The notes beneath the pieces are model-generated. The model was not told where the DNA came from. It worked only from the letters and a program-made list of their open reading frames with translations, and did no database searches. Below are positions 12,686-22,258 of a DNA stretch of 64,000 nt, piece after piece; the stretch's first letter is position 1, and each line of letters starts with the position of its first letter. Origin of the DNA: Nitrospirota bacterium (GTDB taxonomy: Bacteria > Nitrospirota > UBA9217). The stretch is taken from NCBI GenBank assembly GCA_963818475.1, contig CAWFSF010000006.1:1760001-1824000 (forward strand), given 5' to 3'. Both the position numbers and the translations under genes were made by a program.

Positions 12686-12715
12686 TTGACTCATAAAACG
12701 GTTCCGTGCTACTGT
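12686..12715 (+). promoter_or_regulatory. Candidate cassette promoter (Pc-like)
   Basis: TTGACT-N18-TACTGT with extended TG, just upstream of attI. Confidence 0.45.
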
Positions 12716-12720
12716 ATCCC

Positions 12721-12743
12721 GAAGAACTAATAACTTGTTAGAC
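12721..12743 (+). other. attI site (core GTTAGAC)
   Basis: GTTRRRY at 12737-12743 between intI and the first cassette; nearly complementary to R'' GTCCAAC of the first attC. Confidence 0.7.
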
Positions 12744-12756
12744 ATGGAGCGACTTA

Positions 12757-13353
12757 ATGAATTTGCCCCAAATCGCGGTAAGCCATCTAAACTCTATCCC
12801 GCAAAGCGTCATTGATGAGTTCACGGCAGCAATCTCACATCCAAAGCTCGATCTACGCACGGAAACCAGGGAGGATTCGGTCTATGCTGGGGTAGAATGG
12901 CTTCTGCCTACTGCTTTGGTTGTTTACATTGGGAAATCGTATTTTGATGGTTTTCTTAAGGAGATGGGCAAAGATCATTATGTTTTACTGAAGAAAGGTT
13001 TGATTAAACTCAAATCCAAGCTACGAGACTTTTCACTTATTAAGTTGACGGGCTCAGCAGGCAAGATTTCAAAAGAATCTACATATACTTTTACCTTTTC
13101 AATTTATGCGGAAGCGGACAACAATCAAAGATTCAAACTGTTAATTCAAAATAACATCACAGATATTGACTATGAAATAATCATCGAGGCCTTCCTGAAT
13201 TTTCTCGCCGCATATAATAATAAAACGATAGCTGAAGCTGTACTCAATAAATTGTCGATCGGTGATCCTTCCTCCAAAACCATCTTAATAGCATATAATT
13301 TCAAAAAGCATGAATTGGAAACCGTTGAAGTGAAGCGGGGCTCGAACCAATGA
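12757..13353 (+). CDS. Cassette hypothetical protein
   Basis: 198-aa ORF with GGAG RBS directly after attI. Confidence 0.7.
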   Translation: MNLPQIAVSHLNSIPQSVIDEFTAAISHPKLDLRTETREDSVYAGVEWLLPTALVVYIGKSYFDGFLKEMGKDHYVLLKKGLIKLKSKLRDFSLIKLTGSAGKISKESTYTFTFSIYAEADNNQRFKLLIQNNITDIDYEIIIEAFLNFLAAYNNKTIAEAVLNKLSIGDPSSKTILIAYNFKKHELETVEVKRGSNQ

Positions 13354-13775
13354 TCAAACTCGTCAGTTTTGGAATTATCATTCTACTGTTTTTAGCTATC
13401 GCGATCCCTTTTGAAATAAAGAGACGTCGTCGGCTTAATAAATACTGGTCACGGTCGTGTACGGGACGGGATTGGAAGAAGCGTTTTCCTAATGTGCCCA
13501 AAAAGGATATAAGAGACTTCTTAGAAGCCTTTATAGATGGCTTGGCATTCAGCAGCAAGAAGAGACTAAAATTCAATCCTGATGATCCAGTTATGGATAT
13601 TTACCGCTCTCTTTATCCTACGACCGGTTGGTCTGATGCGCTCGAACTTGAAACCTTTTCAGTGAATCTAAAAAAACGATACGGTTTCGGACTGGAGCAG
13701 GTGACTGATCACGATATCACGCTTGGAACAATATTTGAGATGACGAGAATGAAGTCCAACCATCGCGTCGAGTGA
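13350..13775 (+). CDS. Cassette hypothetical membrane-anchored protein
   Basis: ATGA overlap with previous ORF; N-terminal TM helix; stop lies inside attC. Confidence 0.7.
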   Translation: MIKLVSFGIIILLFLAIAIPFEIKRRRRLNKYWSRSCTGRDWKKRFPNVPKKDIRDFLEAFIDGLAFSSKKRLKFNPDDPVMDIYRSLYPTTGWSDALELETFSVNLKKRYGFGLEQVTDHDITLGTIFEMTRMKSNHRVE

Positions 13776-13811
13776 GTCGCGAAAAGCACGCTCCTCACGC
13801 GAGCGTTAACT
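13754..13811 (+). other. attC site
   Basis: GTCCAAC...cgcgtcgagtgag..ctcctcacgcg..GTTAACT imperfect palindrome. Confidence 0.8.
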
Positions 13812-13842
13812 TCCAGAGTGCAGATCGTGGAGGTCGTCTCGA

Positions 13843-14664
13843 ATGAAAAAGAAAACAGTCATTTTTATCGCAGTGCTTTTAGCAGTCGGTGCGATCCTAC
13901 TCGTTGTGAAGAATCTTGATTATCTTGTAGACAGGTACCAGTGGCACAAAGCTGATATAGCGGCCGAAACAAGACACGATGAAACATTAAAGAAGTTCAA
14001 AGCTGAGAATAAGTTGAGTTCAACTATAAACAGAGACATTGGAATAATATGTAGATCGGACAATAAATATGAAAGCGAAAAAACAAGTTTTCCTGATAAA
14101 AGGATTGACGTATATGATGCACCCTGTGGATCCGTGCTTGGAACTATTGGGCGTGTTAGCCGGTACTCATTAAATTTAATCGACAACAACCTGAAAAGTA
14201 TTGACATTGCAGACGCCGACAAAATCGAAATCGTTTATGAAGGAAACGTTCTTAAATATTATAAGGAAGATGAAGAATATGCAAACATCCTTACATATAC
14301 CCTTCCTGAAGGTGTCTGGATTCGCAAAGCCGATTTAAACGCCAATAACTTTAAAGCTCAAAGCTGGCTGAATTATCTGGTATCAAGCAAGAGGGAATAT
14401 CATTACCAATACAATAACGTTGAGTTAAGGAAATTTCCTAATTCGGATTCGGCAAGTGATACGATTGCTTCGATAGGTGGGGATTTAGATTACATTAGCT
14501 TTACTGGGAAAAACGACGGCTTCTGGGCCGAGGTAGTAGTTAATCGCTATGATAAGCATCCTTCGATGGAGGATGGAAAAATTGTTGAAAAGTTAAACGG
14601 CTGGATTCGCGCAGTAGACGATAACGGCAAACCGCGTGTCTGGTATTATACGCGCGGTATATAG
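13843..14664 (+). CDS. Cassette exported hypothetical protein
   Basis: GGAGG RBS; N-terminal hydrophobic segment; 273 aa. Confidence 0.75.
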   Translation: MKKKTVIFIAVLLAVGAILLVVKNLDYLVDRYQWHKADIAAETRHDETLKKFKAENKLSSTINRDIGIICRSDNKYESEKTSFPDKRIDVYDAPCGSVLGTIGRVSRYSLNLIDNNLKSIDIADADKIEIVYEGNVLKYYKEDEEYANILTYTLPEGVWIRKADLNANNFKAQSWLNYLVSSKREYHYQYNNVELRKFPNSDSASDTIASIGGDLDYISFTGKNDGFWAEVVVNRYDKHPSMEDGKIVEKLNGWIRAVDDNGKPRVWYYTRGI

Positions 14665-14686
14665 AACCTCGTGATGTCAGCGATGA

Positions 14687-14744
14687 TTCTAACCATTTGA
14701 GAGAGAGGTCGCTAAAATCACGCCCCTCACGCGTGTTGTTAGCC
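14687..14744 (+). other. attC site
   Basis: TTCTAAC...GTTAGCC, similar to 13754-13811. Confidence 0.75.
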
Positions 14745-14754
14745 GGAGAGATAA

Positions 14755-16368
14755 ATGAGATTCAGTGAATTCAAAATAATGTTCATCGCTCTCTCAATTC
14801 TTTTTACAACATGCATATCAAGTGCATTCTCTGAAACAGTATATAAAGAGAATATCAAGGCGAGTTTTGCTTGCTCGAAGGCTTCATCCGCAACTGAGAA
14901 AGCGATTTGTTCTATTCATGAGCTAGCAGAAGCAGATGTCGAGATGGCCTCGATATATAAGAGTCTTCTGTCTGGCATGTCCACTTCCGAGCAATCGCAG
15001 CTGAAAGAAGATCAACTTACTTGGTTAAGGACACGAAACGACTGCGGCAACGACAAGAACATAGTCGCCTGCCTAAAAGAAGCGTATAAAGACCGAGTTG
15101 AAGTTCTCAAAAAGAAGCAGTCGGCCTCGCCTTTAACTGCGATAGAATTCTCCAACGTCAATAATGTTGACTGCAATAAAATATCTGCAAGACCCGATCT
15201 GACATTTTCATTTTGGATTAATGGCCGCAAAGTACGTTTAATTGCTATGGAAAGAGTTGTTAATAAAGAACGTCTAATGACAGTGTATTTAGAAGAAGAT
15301 AATCGATGCAGGTCTTTAGTATCTGATCCTGGTGGTTATGCCGCGTATTATTATCCGGTCAAAGATAAATATCCTGGAATAGCAATATATGGAAAGAAGG
15401 ATGCATTCGGTCAATCGAAACAATATTTCAGATGGACCGGCCAAACGTATGAGCAAATCAATCTTGCCGTATCAAATAAGATGAATGCAGCTGCTCAAGC
15501 CCTTCTTGATAAAGGACAGACAGAAAAAGCTATTGCGCTGTGGGAACAGGCTGCTGAGCTTACAAGAATTCCCGGCCTAAGTGTTTCTGCCAATCATGAA
15601 ATTAGCTATCGTCTGGGCTACGCATATTACAACAAAGGAAAAGAATATTTCGATAAGGCAACCGAATATCTGCAGGCTGGCATCAAAATAGATTCATCAC
15701 CCGATGGTGAACAACGTTGGTCAGCTAACCTTGCTTTGGGAGACATGTTTTCTCAAATGAATAAAGTTGATGACGCGATCCAACGTTACAAGTGGGGCAT
15801 CAATTATAGGCTACCACCTGAATCTAAATCAAAGATAATAGATGATATAAGGAAATTAAGAAAACTTCAGGCCCAGAATGGTTCTCTACCGGCGGGAGCG
15901 ATCACTGATCCTATTGAAGATTTTATTGCAGATGTACGCGTATTGAGTGCAGACGATGATTATGGCCACATTGTGCGAGTTATTGCTGACTTTAATAATG
16001 ACGGTTTACGAGATATAGCGATAAATACTTGGCCTTTCGGAACAGCCGTACCCGAGTGGCACCTATATTTGCAGGATAAGAACGGAAAGTATATTCGAGC
16101 GGAAGATATAGGCTTTCATCCCGCCGATATTCGCATACAACCAATCGATAAAAATAATGCAAAAATAATTGCGACGTCGTACGGATCTAGTCAAGATGAA
16201 CGCACCACAGTCGAATTTCTTATGTTCGGACGTGACATGGTTGGATTAGGGATTCCTGATGAAAGTAATAATAAATTATATTCTCAACCGCTTCAATATC
16301 CAACTTCGGAATATTGCATAATTCGGGACTACTTCAGTAAACAATGCCAATGGATAAGTGGTTATTGA
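14755..16368 (+). CDS. Secreted LprI (DUF1311)-like and TPR-containing protein
   Basis: ASFACSKA..EKAICS..QLTWLRTRNDC..ACL..AY..R pattern; TPR-like helices in the middle. Confidence 0.72.
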   Translation: MRFSEFKIMFIALSILFTTCISSAFSETVYKENIKASFACSKASSATEKAICSIHELAEADVEMASIYKSLLSGMSTSEQSQLKEDQLTWLRTRNDCGNDKNIVACLKEAYKDRVEVLKKKQSASPLTAIEFSNVNNVDCNKISARPDLTFSFWINGRKVRLIAMERVVNKERLMTVYLEEDNRCRSLVSDPGGYAAYYYPVKDKYPGIAIYGKKDAFGQSKQYFRWTGQTYEQINLAVSNKMNAAAQALLDKGQTEKAIALWEQAAELTRIPGLSVSANHEISYRLGYAYYNKGKEYFDKATEYLQAGIKIDSSPDGEQRWSANLALGDMFSQMNKVDDAIQRYKWGINYRLPPESKSKIIDDIRKLRKLQAQNGSLPAGAITDPIEDFIADVRVLSADDDYGHIVRVIADFNNDGLRDIAINTWPFGTAVPEWHLYLQDKNGKYIRAEDIGFHPADIRIQPIDKNNAKIIATSYGSSQDERTTVEFLMFGRDMVGLGIPDESNNKLYSQPLQYPTSEYCIIRDYFSKQCQWISGY

Positions 16369-16383
16369 GCATTTGCCATTCCA

Positions 16384-16417
16384 TGCCAACCTGGCGCTCG
16401 ACAGCGACGCGTTAGGT
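16384..16417 (+). other. Internally deleted attC (34 bp)
   Basis: TGCCAAC ctggcgctcgacagcgacgc GTTAGGT; left half matches attC at 23974. Confidence 0.6.
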
Positions 16418-16463
16418 ACAAAATGATTAAATATACATCATACCGATTCTGATCGCAGGCGGG

Positions 16464-16757
16464 GTGCTTTGGGTCGTCGGATGGCTCGCATTTCGTCATA
16501 TCCGTTTCTTAATAAGAGGCTGGATGGTCATCGGTCACGGACGGGATGAAATTGCCTACGTGGAGCGCGGAAAGGGCGAGATTGTTATCTATGCTGAGCT
16601 TATGGGGAGCGGCCCAATTAACCGAGTCATTTACCTTCCGGGTGAGGATAATTGGAGAACTAAGTGTCCCCCTTGGGCACAGAATCGAAGAGCGGAGATT
16701 GTGAAGAGAATTAAACAAGTTTTGCCGGAGTCGCGCTACAAGTACAGAAATGAATGA
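16464..16757 (+). CDS. Cassette hypothetical protein (start uncertain)
   Basis: ORF between two attC sites. Confidence 0.55.
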   Translation: MLWVVGWLAFRHIRFLIRGWMVIGHGRDEIAYVERGKGEIVIYAELMGSGPINRVIYLPGEDNWRTKCPPWAQNRRAEIVKRIKQVLPESRYKYRNE

Positions 16758-16800
16758 ACCCCTTATTTGGGTAGAATGTCGTAAAAGAAACAGTAAATGA

Positions 16801-16862
16801 CTCTAACGGAGCGGGTCCACAGCGACGCGCCCAACGGCGACGCGTCACCCGCGTCGTTAATT
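16801..16862 (+). other. attC site
   Basis: CTCTAAC..gcgggt..gacgcg..cgcgtcacccgc..GTTAATT. Confidence 0.8.
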
Positions 16863-16909
16863 TGAAGTCAGACTCGTTCGCTCATGAGACAACAGGAAAA
16901 TCATTCACC

Positions 16910-17206
16910 ATGGCAAGACTATCACGACGGCGACGTATATTCTTCGTTATTTGGGTCACATATGTTCCCGGGGTATTTATTCTTAGCTACCCTCTTTCAA
17001 AAATGTTTTACTCAGGAATGCCTGTTTACGCAATAGCCGGAGCTTGGATGCTCGCATTTGTCATTTCTTCAATCTACTTATCATCCTTCCCCTGTTCGCG
17101 GTGCCATCGTTCATTCTTCTATACCTGCTGGTTCCATAATCCATTTGCTCGTCGCTGCGTTCATTGTGGTCTTCCTAAGTGGAGTGACCAGTATACTGTA
17201 AAGTGA
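16910..17206 (+). CDS. Cassette membrane protein with C-terminal zinc-ribbon-like Cys pairs
   Basis: Two TM helices then CSRC...CVHCG. Confidence 0.6.
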   Translation: MARLSRRRRIFFVIWVTYVPGVFILSYPLSKMFYSGMPVYAIAGAWMLAFVISSIYLSSFPCSRCHRSFFYTCWFHNPFARRCVHCGLPKWSDQYTVK

Positions 17207-17255
17207 ACACATGGCTTCCTACTCCCTCGTTAACTAGACCTTCGCACAATACTCC

Positions 17256-17289
17256 TTGACAAATTTGGTGATACCGCATATAGTATCAC
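17256..17289 (+). promoter_or_regulatory. TA promoter with overlapping operator palindrome
   Basis: TTGACA-N17-TATAGT; GTGATAC-N8-GTATCAC overlapping the -10. Confidence 0.7.
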
Positions 17290-17293
17290 TATC

Positions 17294-17719
17294 ATGCCTG
17301 ACAAAAAACTGCGGATAGTTTTGGATACCAACGTGTTGTACGCGGGTCTTTATTCATCTCAGGGCGCTTCGTTCAAGGTTTTACGTGCAATAGATGAAGG
17401 TAAACTGCGAATTGTATTATCCACGGCACTGCTCTTTGAGTATGAAGATATTTTAAAGAGAAATCAGGAAATATTGAATCTGTCGAGTCAGGGCATTGAA
17501 AAAATATTAGACAATCTGTGTTTGCTGAGCGAGCACCAAAAGATATATTATCTATGGCGACCACGTCTTTCAGACCCCAAAGACGACCTTGTATTGGAAT
17601 TGGCAGTTGCCTCGGGGGTAAAATATGTGGTGACGTTCAATACGGCGGATTTTAAGGGTGCAGAAAAATTCGGAGTTAAGTCAATTACACCAAAAGAACT
17701 GTTGGAGGTAATATTATGA
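17294..17719 (+). CDS. PIN-domain toxin
   Basis: IVLDTNVL, EYE, DPKDDLVLELA, VTFN..DF PIN acidic residues. Confidence 0.88.
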   Translation: MPDKKLRIVLDTNVLYAGLYSSQGASFKVLRAIDEGKLRIVLSTALLFEYEDILKRNQEILNLSSQGIEKILDNLCLLSEHQKIYYLWRPRLSDPKDDLVLELAVASGVKYVVTFNTADFKGAEKFGVKSITPKELLEVIL

Positions 17720-17952
17720 GTACTTTAAGTTTACGTTTACCGGGCTCTATTCATCGACATATCAGGGAAATAGCGAAGAAAGAAGGAGTTTCCATAAACC
17801 AGCTAATTTCATCTGCGGTAGCTGAAAAGATATCCGCATTGATGACAGAAGATTATTTAGGGGGGCGCGCAAAGAAGGCGAAGCGGGAAGATTTCAAGAA
17901 GATATTGGCAAAGGTTCCTTCCAGAAAACCGCTGCCCGGTGATGAGTTGTAG
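17716..17952 (+). CDS. Ribbon-helix-helix (HicB-like) antitoxin
   Basis: LSLRLP.SIH...AKKEGVSINQLI; ATGA overlap with toxin. Confidence 0.85.
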   Translation: MSTLSLRLPGSIHRHIREIAKKEGVSINQLISSAVAEKISALMTEDYLGGRAKKAKREDFKKILAKVPSRKPLPGDEL

Positions 17953-17957
17953 TATTA

Positions 17958-18233
17958 ATCAGGTAGCCGGGGGATTCCCTCCCCCAGCCCCCACACCACC
18001 CGGCGTGCGGGTCCGCACCGGGCGGTTCGCGAAAGTCATCGGGCCGTATGGTGAATCTTGATCCACAGTGTTCGCATTGACGTAAGCCCCTGCTTCGTGA
18101 GATATGCGTTGGACAAGCCCACGTTTATCGCTTCGGTCTTCGCAAGATGCCAGTAGGCTTTCCTGCTCATTCCAGCCTTGACCGCGTGCCGCTCGCCCAC
18201 ACAGTTTTGTCTGACACCAGAGGCAGAGTACAA
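17958..18233 (-). mobile_element. Group IIC intron 3' remnant (maturase tail, domains V and VI)
   Basis: Minus strand GAACCGCCCGGTGCGGACCCGCACGCCGGGTGGTGTGGGGG...GGCTACCTGAT; upstream frame SRKAYWHLAKT..GLSNAYL..QGL resembles intron RT C-termini. Confidence 0.85.
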
Positions 18234-18459
18234 CCAGATGGAAACCGAATTTCTTATTTACAATCTCGGTCCAGAACGGGAATATGAAACAGGTACCCTG
18301 CAACGACTATCAGTATTAAATAAACCACAAATTACTTGCATAATACATTTCCTTGAGTGGTGCTCGGGAGGACGATAAACGTTAGGTAGTTTAACCTGTC
18401 GTTCGAGTCCCGCGCTCTATGGCGCGGGGGTCAACTCGTTGTTGAACCGGGAAGGGACT

Positions 18460-19071
18460 ATGGCTGACGAGGATATGGATTTTCAGCTAATCTTCGCGAA
18501 GTATCATCCGAAGATCATTGGGTATCTGCGCCGGCTCGTGGGCGAAGCAAATGCCGAGGACGTGGCACAGGAGGTTTTTGTAAAGGTGAACAAGGGACTG
18601 GGCGATTTCCGGGGCGAGTCCCGGCTGTTCACCTGGATATATCGGATCGCCACCAATGCGGCCATGGACCATTTGCGGAAGCCGCCGCTCCGGCACGTCC
18701 GGCACACAACAAACCGCCCGGTTGATGACGATGACCTTGCGGCCGAGATCGATATGTTGCCGAAAGAGAGCGAACTGGCCCTTGATACGCTCTTGATCCG
18801 GAAGGATATGAACGAGTGCATTCGCAGCCTTGTGGATAGCCTGCCGGAGGGCTACCGGACCGTGCTGGTGTTGAGCGACGTGGAAGGCATGACGAATGCC
18901 GAGATTTGCGAGGTGCTTGGCCTCACGCTGGACACCGTGAAAATCAGGCTGCACCGGGCCAGGATACGGCTTAGAAAGGAATTCAATGCGCAGTGCCAGT
19001 TCTACCGCGATGAACGCAATGAGTTGGCCTGCGACCGGAAACCCGGCTATCTTCAGCTCAGGAAAATATAA
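18460..19071 (+). CDS. ECF RNA polymerase sigma factor with C-terminal Cys extension
   Basis: AEDVAQEVF, FTWIYRIATN, EICEVLGLTLDTVKIRLHRAR; tail CQFYRDERNELACDRK. Confidence 0.9.
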   Translation: MADEDMDFQLIFAKYHPKIIGYLRRLVGEANAEDVAQEVFVKVNKGLGDFRGESRLFTWIYRIATNAAMDHLRKPPLRHVRHTTNRPVDDDDLAAEIDMLPKESELALDTLLIRKDMNECIRSLVDSLPEGYRTVLVLSDVEGMTNAEICEVLGLTLDTVKIRLHRARIRLRKEFNAQCQFYRDERNELACDRKPGYLQLRKI

Positions 19072-19078
19072 AGAAAGC

Positions 19079-19106
19079 GTATCCTTTTCTTGCTTGCCGC
19101 CGTCTA
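19079..19106 (+). promoter_or_regulatory. Candidate ECF promoter
   Basis: GTATCC-N16-CGTCTA between the sigma gene and the Fe-S gene. Confidence 0.5.
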
Positions 19107-19137
19107 AATAAATAAAGTACCAGAGGAGGGCGAGCCA

Positions 19138-19665
19138 ATGCTGTTAAAAGGATACCGTAAGGAGATCTTCAATCCAACCTGCAACTCCAACTTTCAGTCG
19201 GTCCACTGCATCGCACACCTGGATGAGGATATCGGCGAGGTCCTACCATATCTGAACGCTGTGCTGGGTGGCGACACCTATATCAAGAGTCCGCCGTCGG
19301 TTACGTTCAAGACCCATGGCAAGCTCATTACCGTCCATGCTCGGAAAATTGCAGTAAATGCTTTAAAAAATGAGGCCGAAGCGCATCATTTTCTCGAGTG
19401 GCTGAAGGAAGAAATCAACAATGCCTGGATAAATCGGGAAACGATAGTTCCTAAATTCGTCGGCGCTTCTAAACCACATATTCTCGAGGTCTATAAGCTC
19501 CTTCCCAAGACCAATTGCCGTAAGTGCGGCCAACCGACCTGCATGATGTTTTCCTCTCTTGCCGTTGACGGGATCAAAGGGCAGAATGATTGCCCGTCGC
19601 TGAAAGAAGAAGACGCGGAAAAGTTGCGAAATTATCTTGGTCAATTCAAGATTGGCTCGATATGA
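19138..19665 (+). CDS. Fe-S-binding domain protein
   Basis: LLPKTNCRKCGQPTC...CP motif as in RnfB/AcsC-type FeS domains; GGAGG RBS. Confidence 0.8.
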   Translation: MLLKGYRKEIFNPTCNSNFQSVHCIAHLDEDIGEVLPYLNAVLGGDTYIKSPPSVTFKTHGKLITVHARKIAVNALKNEAEAHHFLEWLKEEINNAWINRETIVPKFVGASKPHILEVYKLLPKTNCRKCGQPTCMMFSSLAVDGIKGQNDCPSLKEEDAEKLRNYLGQFKIGSI

Positions 19666-19941
19666 ATTTGGATTGCATTCTCCAAGAATCCAAGACTGAT
19701 GCCCTCCTTGCCCCTCTTGGAAGAAGTTCAGGAATACTCGCAAATATACCTTCTCGCGAAAGAAAGGCAGAAAGGCTGTAACAGCATGGCTCAGTTTGTC
19801 ACGCTCAAAGAGGAATTCAAAGATGTAATTGACAAACTGTTTCACCATTGCCGACAGAAAAACAACCACCAACTCTCATTCGAAGAGAACGATCTTGATT
19901 CTCTTGCAGTCAGATTTTCGAAAATTGTCAAAGCGAGGTAA
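19662..19941 (+). CDS. Hypothetical protein, frameshifted near 19718
   Basis: ATGA overlap; MNLDCILQESK continues in the 19699..19941 frame. Confidence 0.45.
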
Positions 19942-19967
19942 GGAATAGATGTTCAAAAGGTCCAATT

Positions 19968-20023
19968 TCACAACACGCGGCTGTGGGTCGCTATGAATCG
20001 CGCCTCAGACCCGCGTGTTGAAT
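19968..20023 (+). other. attC site
   Basis: TCACAAC acgcgg ... ccgcgt GTTGAAT. Confidence 0.75.
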
Positions 20024-20035
20024 CCAGAGGAAATA

Positions 20036-20905
20036 ATGAAAGTTTTAAATGTCTCAGAGGTCGTCTTCGGTCACAAAAGACTAGTCTGTCGTCAGGGTCG
20101 TCTGGTGGGTATCCTTTTTAGGATTGCCATGATCTGTGCGTTGGCGGTTCCTATCTTATTCTTGGGGGATCGGGGTTCACTCTGGCCATGCTTATTTATA
20201 GGATTTTTCTCCCTCCTCTTCATTCCGTCCCTTCTCACAGATATTCCTGCTCTTTGGCGAGAATCGAACTGGATACTAGTTGTTCAACCCGATGGATTGT
20301 GGGTTAATATTCGGTCTTGCTTCAACAGTCACCTCCCAGCTGGCCGAACCGCGGTCTGGATCGACATTGCAGAAATCGTCTCTTTAAGAAAATACGTGGA
20401 AACCCATTCAACGCCCGGCACCTCTCGTGGAGAAACTACTTTCGAAAAGACGATTCATCTGCAGGTTGAGCTGGCGCACAGCGATACGGAGCAACTGCGC
20501 GAAGCGCTCCAGTCGGAGCATGAGCTGGAACAAGCGAAACGTAAAGTGTTAGGCTTCATAAGTGTGTCATCAAAGACCCTTGACTATCCAGTTACACTGC
20601 CTCATTCTAACGAGGTGCGAATCAAGTGGCGCGGGCGCACCCATGTGGTGCCGTCGATCGATTCCGTCTTACGTGAAGTGACATTGAGAGGCAGGGCCGG
20701 CAAAACCGTGAAGGACGAGGTCGGCGATTGGCAAACCCTAGACGATGCAGCATTGGATGAACTGGTCCGCACTCTGCTGGCGTCAGGTGATCGCATCTCC
20801 GCAGCCAAACTGCTTGTCGCTCGTCGAGGGCTCTCACTGTCTGAAGCCATGCAGCATGTAAACCATGTTGATACGGGGTCAGAGTTGGTGAACCCAGAGG
20901 CTTAA
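20036..20905 (+). CDS. Cassette membrane protein
   Basis: GAGG RBS; two TM helices plus soluble domain. Confidence 0.7.
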   Translation: MKVLNVSEVVFGHKRLVCRQGRLVGILFRIAMICALAVPILFLGDRGSLWPCLFIGFFSLLFIPSLLTDIPALWRESNWILVVQPDGLWVNIRSCFNSHLPAGRTAVWIDIAEIVSLRKYVETHSTPGTSRGETTFEKTIHLQVELAHSDTEQLREALQSEHELEQAKRKVLGFISVSSKTLDYPVTLPHSNEVRIKWRGRTHVVPSIDSVLREVTLRGRAGKTVKDEVGDWQTLDDAALDELVRTLLASGDRISAAKLLVARRGLSLSEAMQHVNHVDTGSELVNPEA

Positions 20906-20974
20906 CGGACGGATTATCCAGCGGTCGTTCCCAGATTATACGACTCGAAATAGCATAGGCACGTAATCAAAATA

Positions 20975-21040
20975 TCAGAACAAGAATTCCAGGGACCGGG
21001 TCGAGAGGGGCGCGAAAAACCGCCCCTCACCCGGGGCGTT
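20975..21040 (+). other. attC site interrupted at its R' core by an IS
   Basis: ccgggtcgagaggggcg..cgcccctcacccgg palindrome ending in GTT; GTTAGCT resumes at 21613. Confidence 0.7.
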
Positions 21041-21612
21041 GAAGCTGTAGGAAAAGCCATTTTATGCTATAATGACGCCATGCAAAGGCAGTAAACACCC
21101 ATCAAAACCCCTCATAGCGGGAGGCGTATGGCGAAATACAAACACTACGACTATTCGCAAGGCAAATTCTTCCCGGCACGTTCGTCGCAGATGAGCAGCA
21201 CCTCGGAAGAGCTCGGGCCGGGGAAGGACGTCAGAGGATGACCATGGAAGTGACGAATGTAAACGGTGCTTTATCGGTCGAAGCCCGCAAAGGATCGGAG
21301 AGATGCAGTGTAGATGGATCTTCAAGGTGCATGTCTCTCATAAACTACCGATCAACAGGGGCATTCTTTCTATTTCGGGAAGATCTCGCCTGATGCCAGT
21401 AATAGCTTTACAGCATCGAAGCGGCAGAGGCAGTTTGCGTAGTCAGTAGGACGAAGGGCAGTAAAGAGAAGTAAACGATAAGCGTCAGGCAAGAAACAAT
21501 GATATAATGCAGCCGATCACCACGCTAAAGCAATAATCCGAACAGACAGAACAGATCACAGACGATAAATTGTAGAAAGAGTTTTTCGCAAAGTGACTTT
21601 TTCTACAGACTC
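21041..21612 (+). mobile_element. Internally deleted IS (IS1182-like)
   Basis: IRs GAAGCTGTAGGAAAAGCC / GACTTTTTCTACAGACTC (14/18); GTT on both flanks; RBS plus MAKYKHYDYSQGKFFP start at 21128 resembles IS1182-type transposase N-termini. Confidence 0.6.
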
Positions 21613-21630
21613 GTTAGCTGAGGGAATACG

Positions 21631-22092
21631 ATGGAACTCGATGACCCAAGATGGCAAAAGCTTAAGGGCGGATACAAGATTGAATACGATCCCACGCCTG
21701 TCCTGCGGAAACTTGAACTTGATAAAGCAGCCTGGGACGAGCTTTGGGAGAACCTACATCATCAAGGCGATGTTGGCGAGGCATCGTACGCGGTTGTACC
21801 CCATATTGTGAAAATTAGCCAGACAGTTGCTGAGCGAGACTGGAATATTTATGCGTTGGTATCAACAATTGAAATTGAAAGGCATCGGAAAGCTAATCCG
21901 GCCATTCCTTCTTGGCTACTCAAAGAATATGAACAAGCTTGGCAAAAGCTGCTTCAGCTCGGACTCGCAGATTTGCAGAATACAACAGATCCACTTCTCA
22001 TCAGAAGTATTCTGGGCGCGCTTGCACTTGCTAGAGACAGAGGTTCTTTACATGTTCGTAAACAACAGATATGCGGTGCTCGTCCAGGGTAA
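21631..22092 (+). CDS. Cassette helical hypothetical protein (3' end likely disrupted)
   Basis: RBS; LWENLHHQGDVGEASYAVVPH segment. Confidence 0.65.
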   Translation: MELDDPRWQKLKGGYKIEYDPTPVLRKLELDKAAWDELWENLHHQGDVGEASYAVVPHIVKISQTVAERDWNIYALVSTIEIERHRKANPAIPSWLLKEYEQAWQKLLQLGLADLQNTTDPLLIRSILGALALARDRGSLHVRKQQICGARPG

Positions 22093-22258
22093 TAGTATAA
22101 ACAGTCTAAGAATTGAGGATGAATTGCTGATGATTGGTTCAGGGACTTATGGCTATGAAGGTGCACATGGCGATGTCATTGCCTTCGATGGAAACAGATC
22201 GTTTGACATTTGCCACTGGGAGTCCGGGATATAAAGGGATACCGTTTGGGCGTTTTGA

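Noticed and set aside
17959-18303. 114-aa minus-strand ORF as a gene
   Set aside because: Off-frame read-through of the intron remnant, including domains V and VI.
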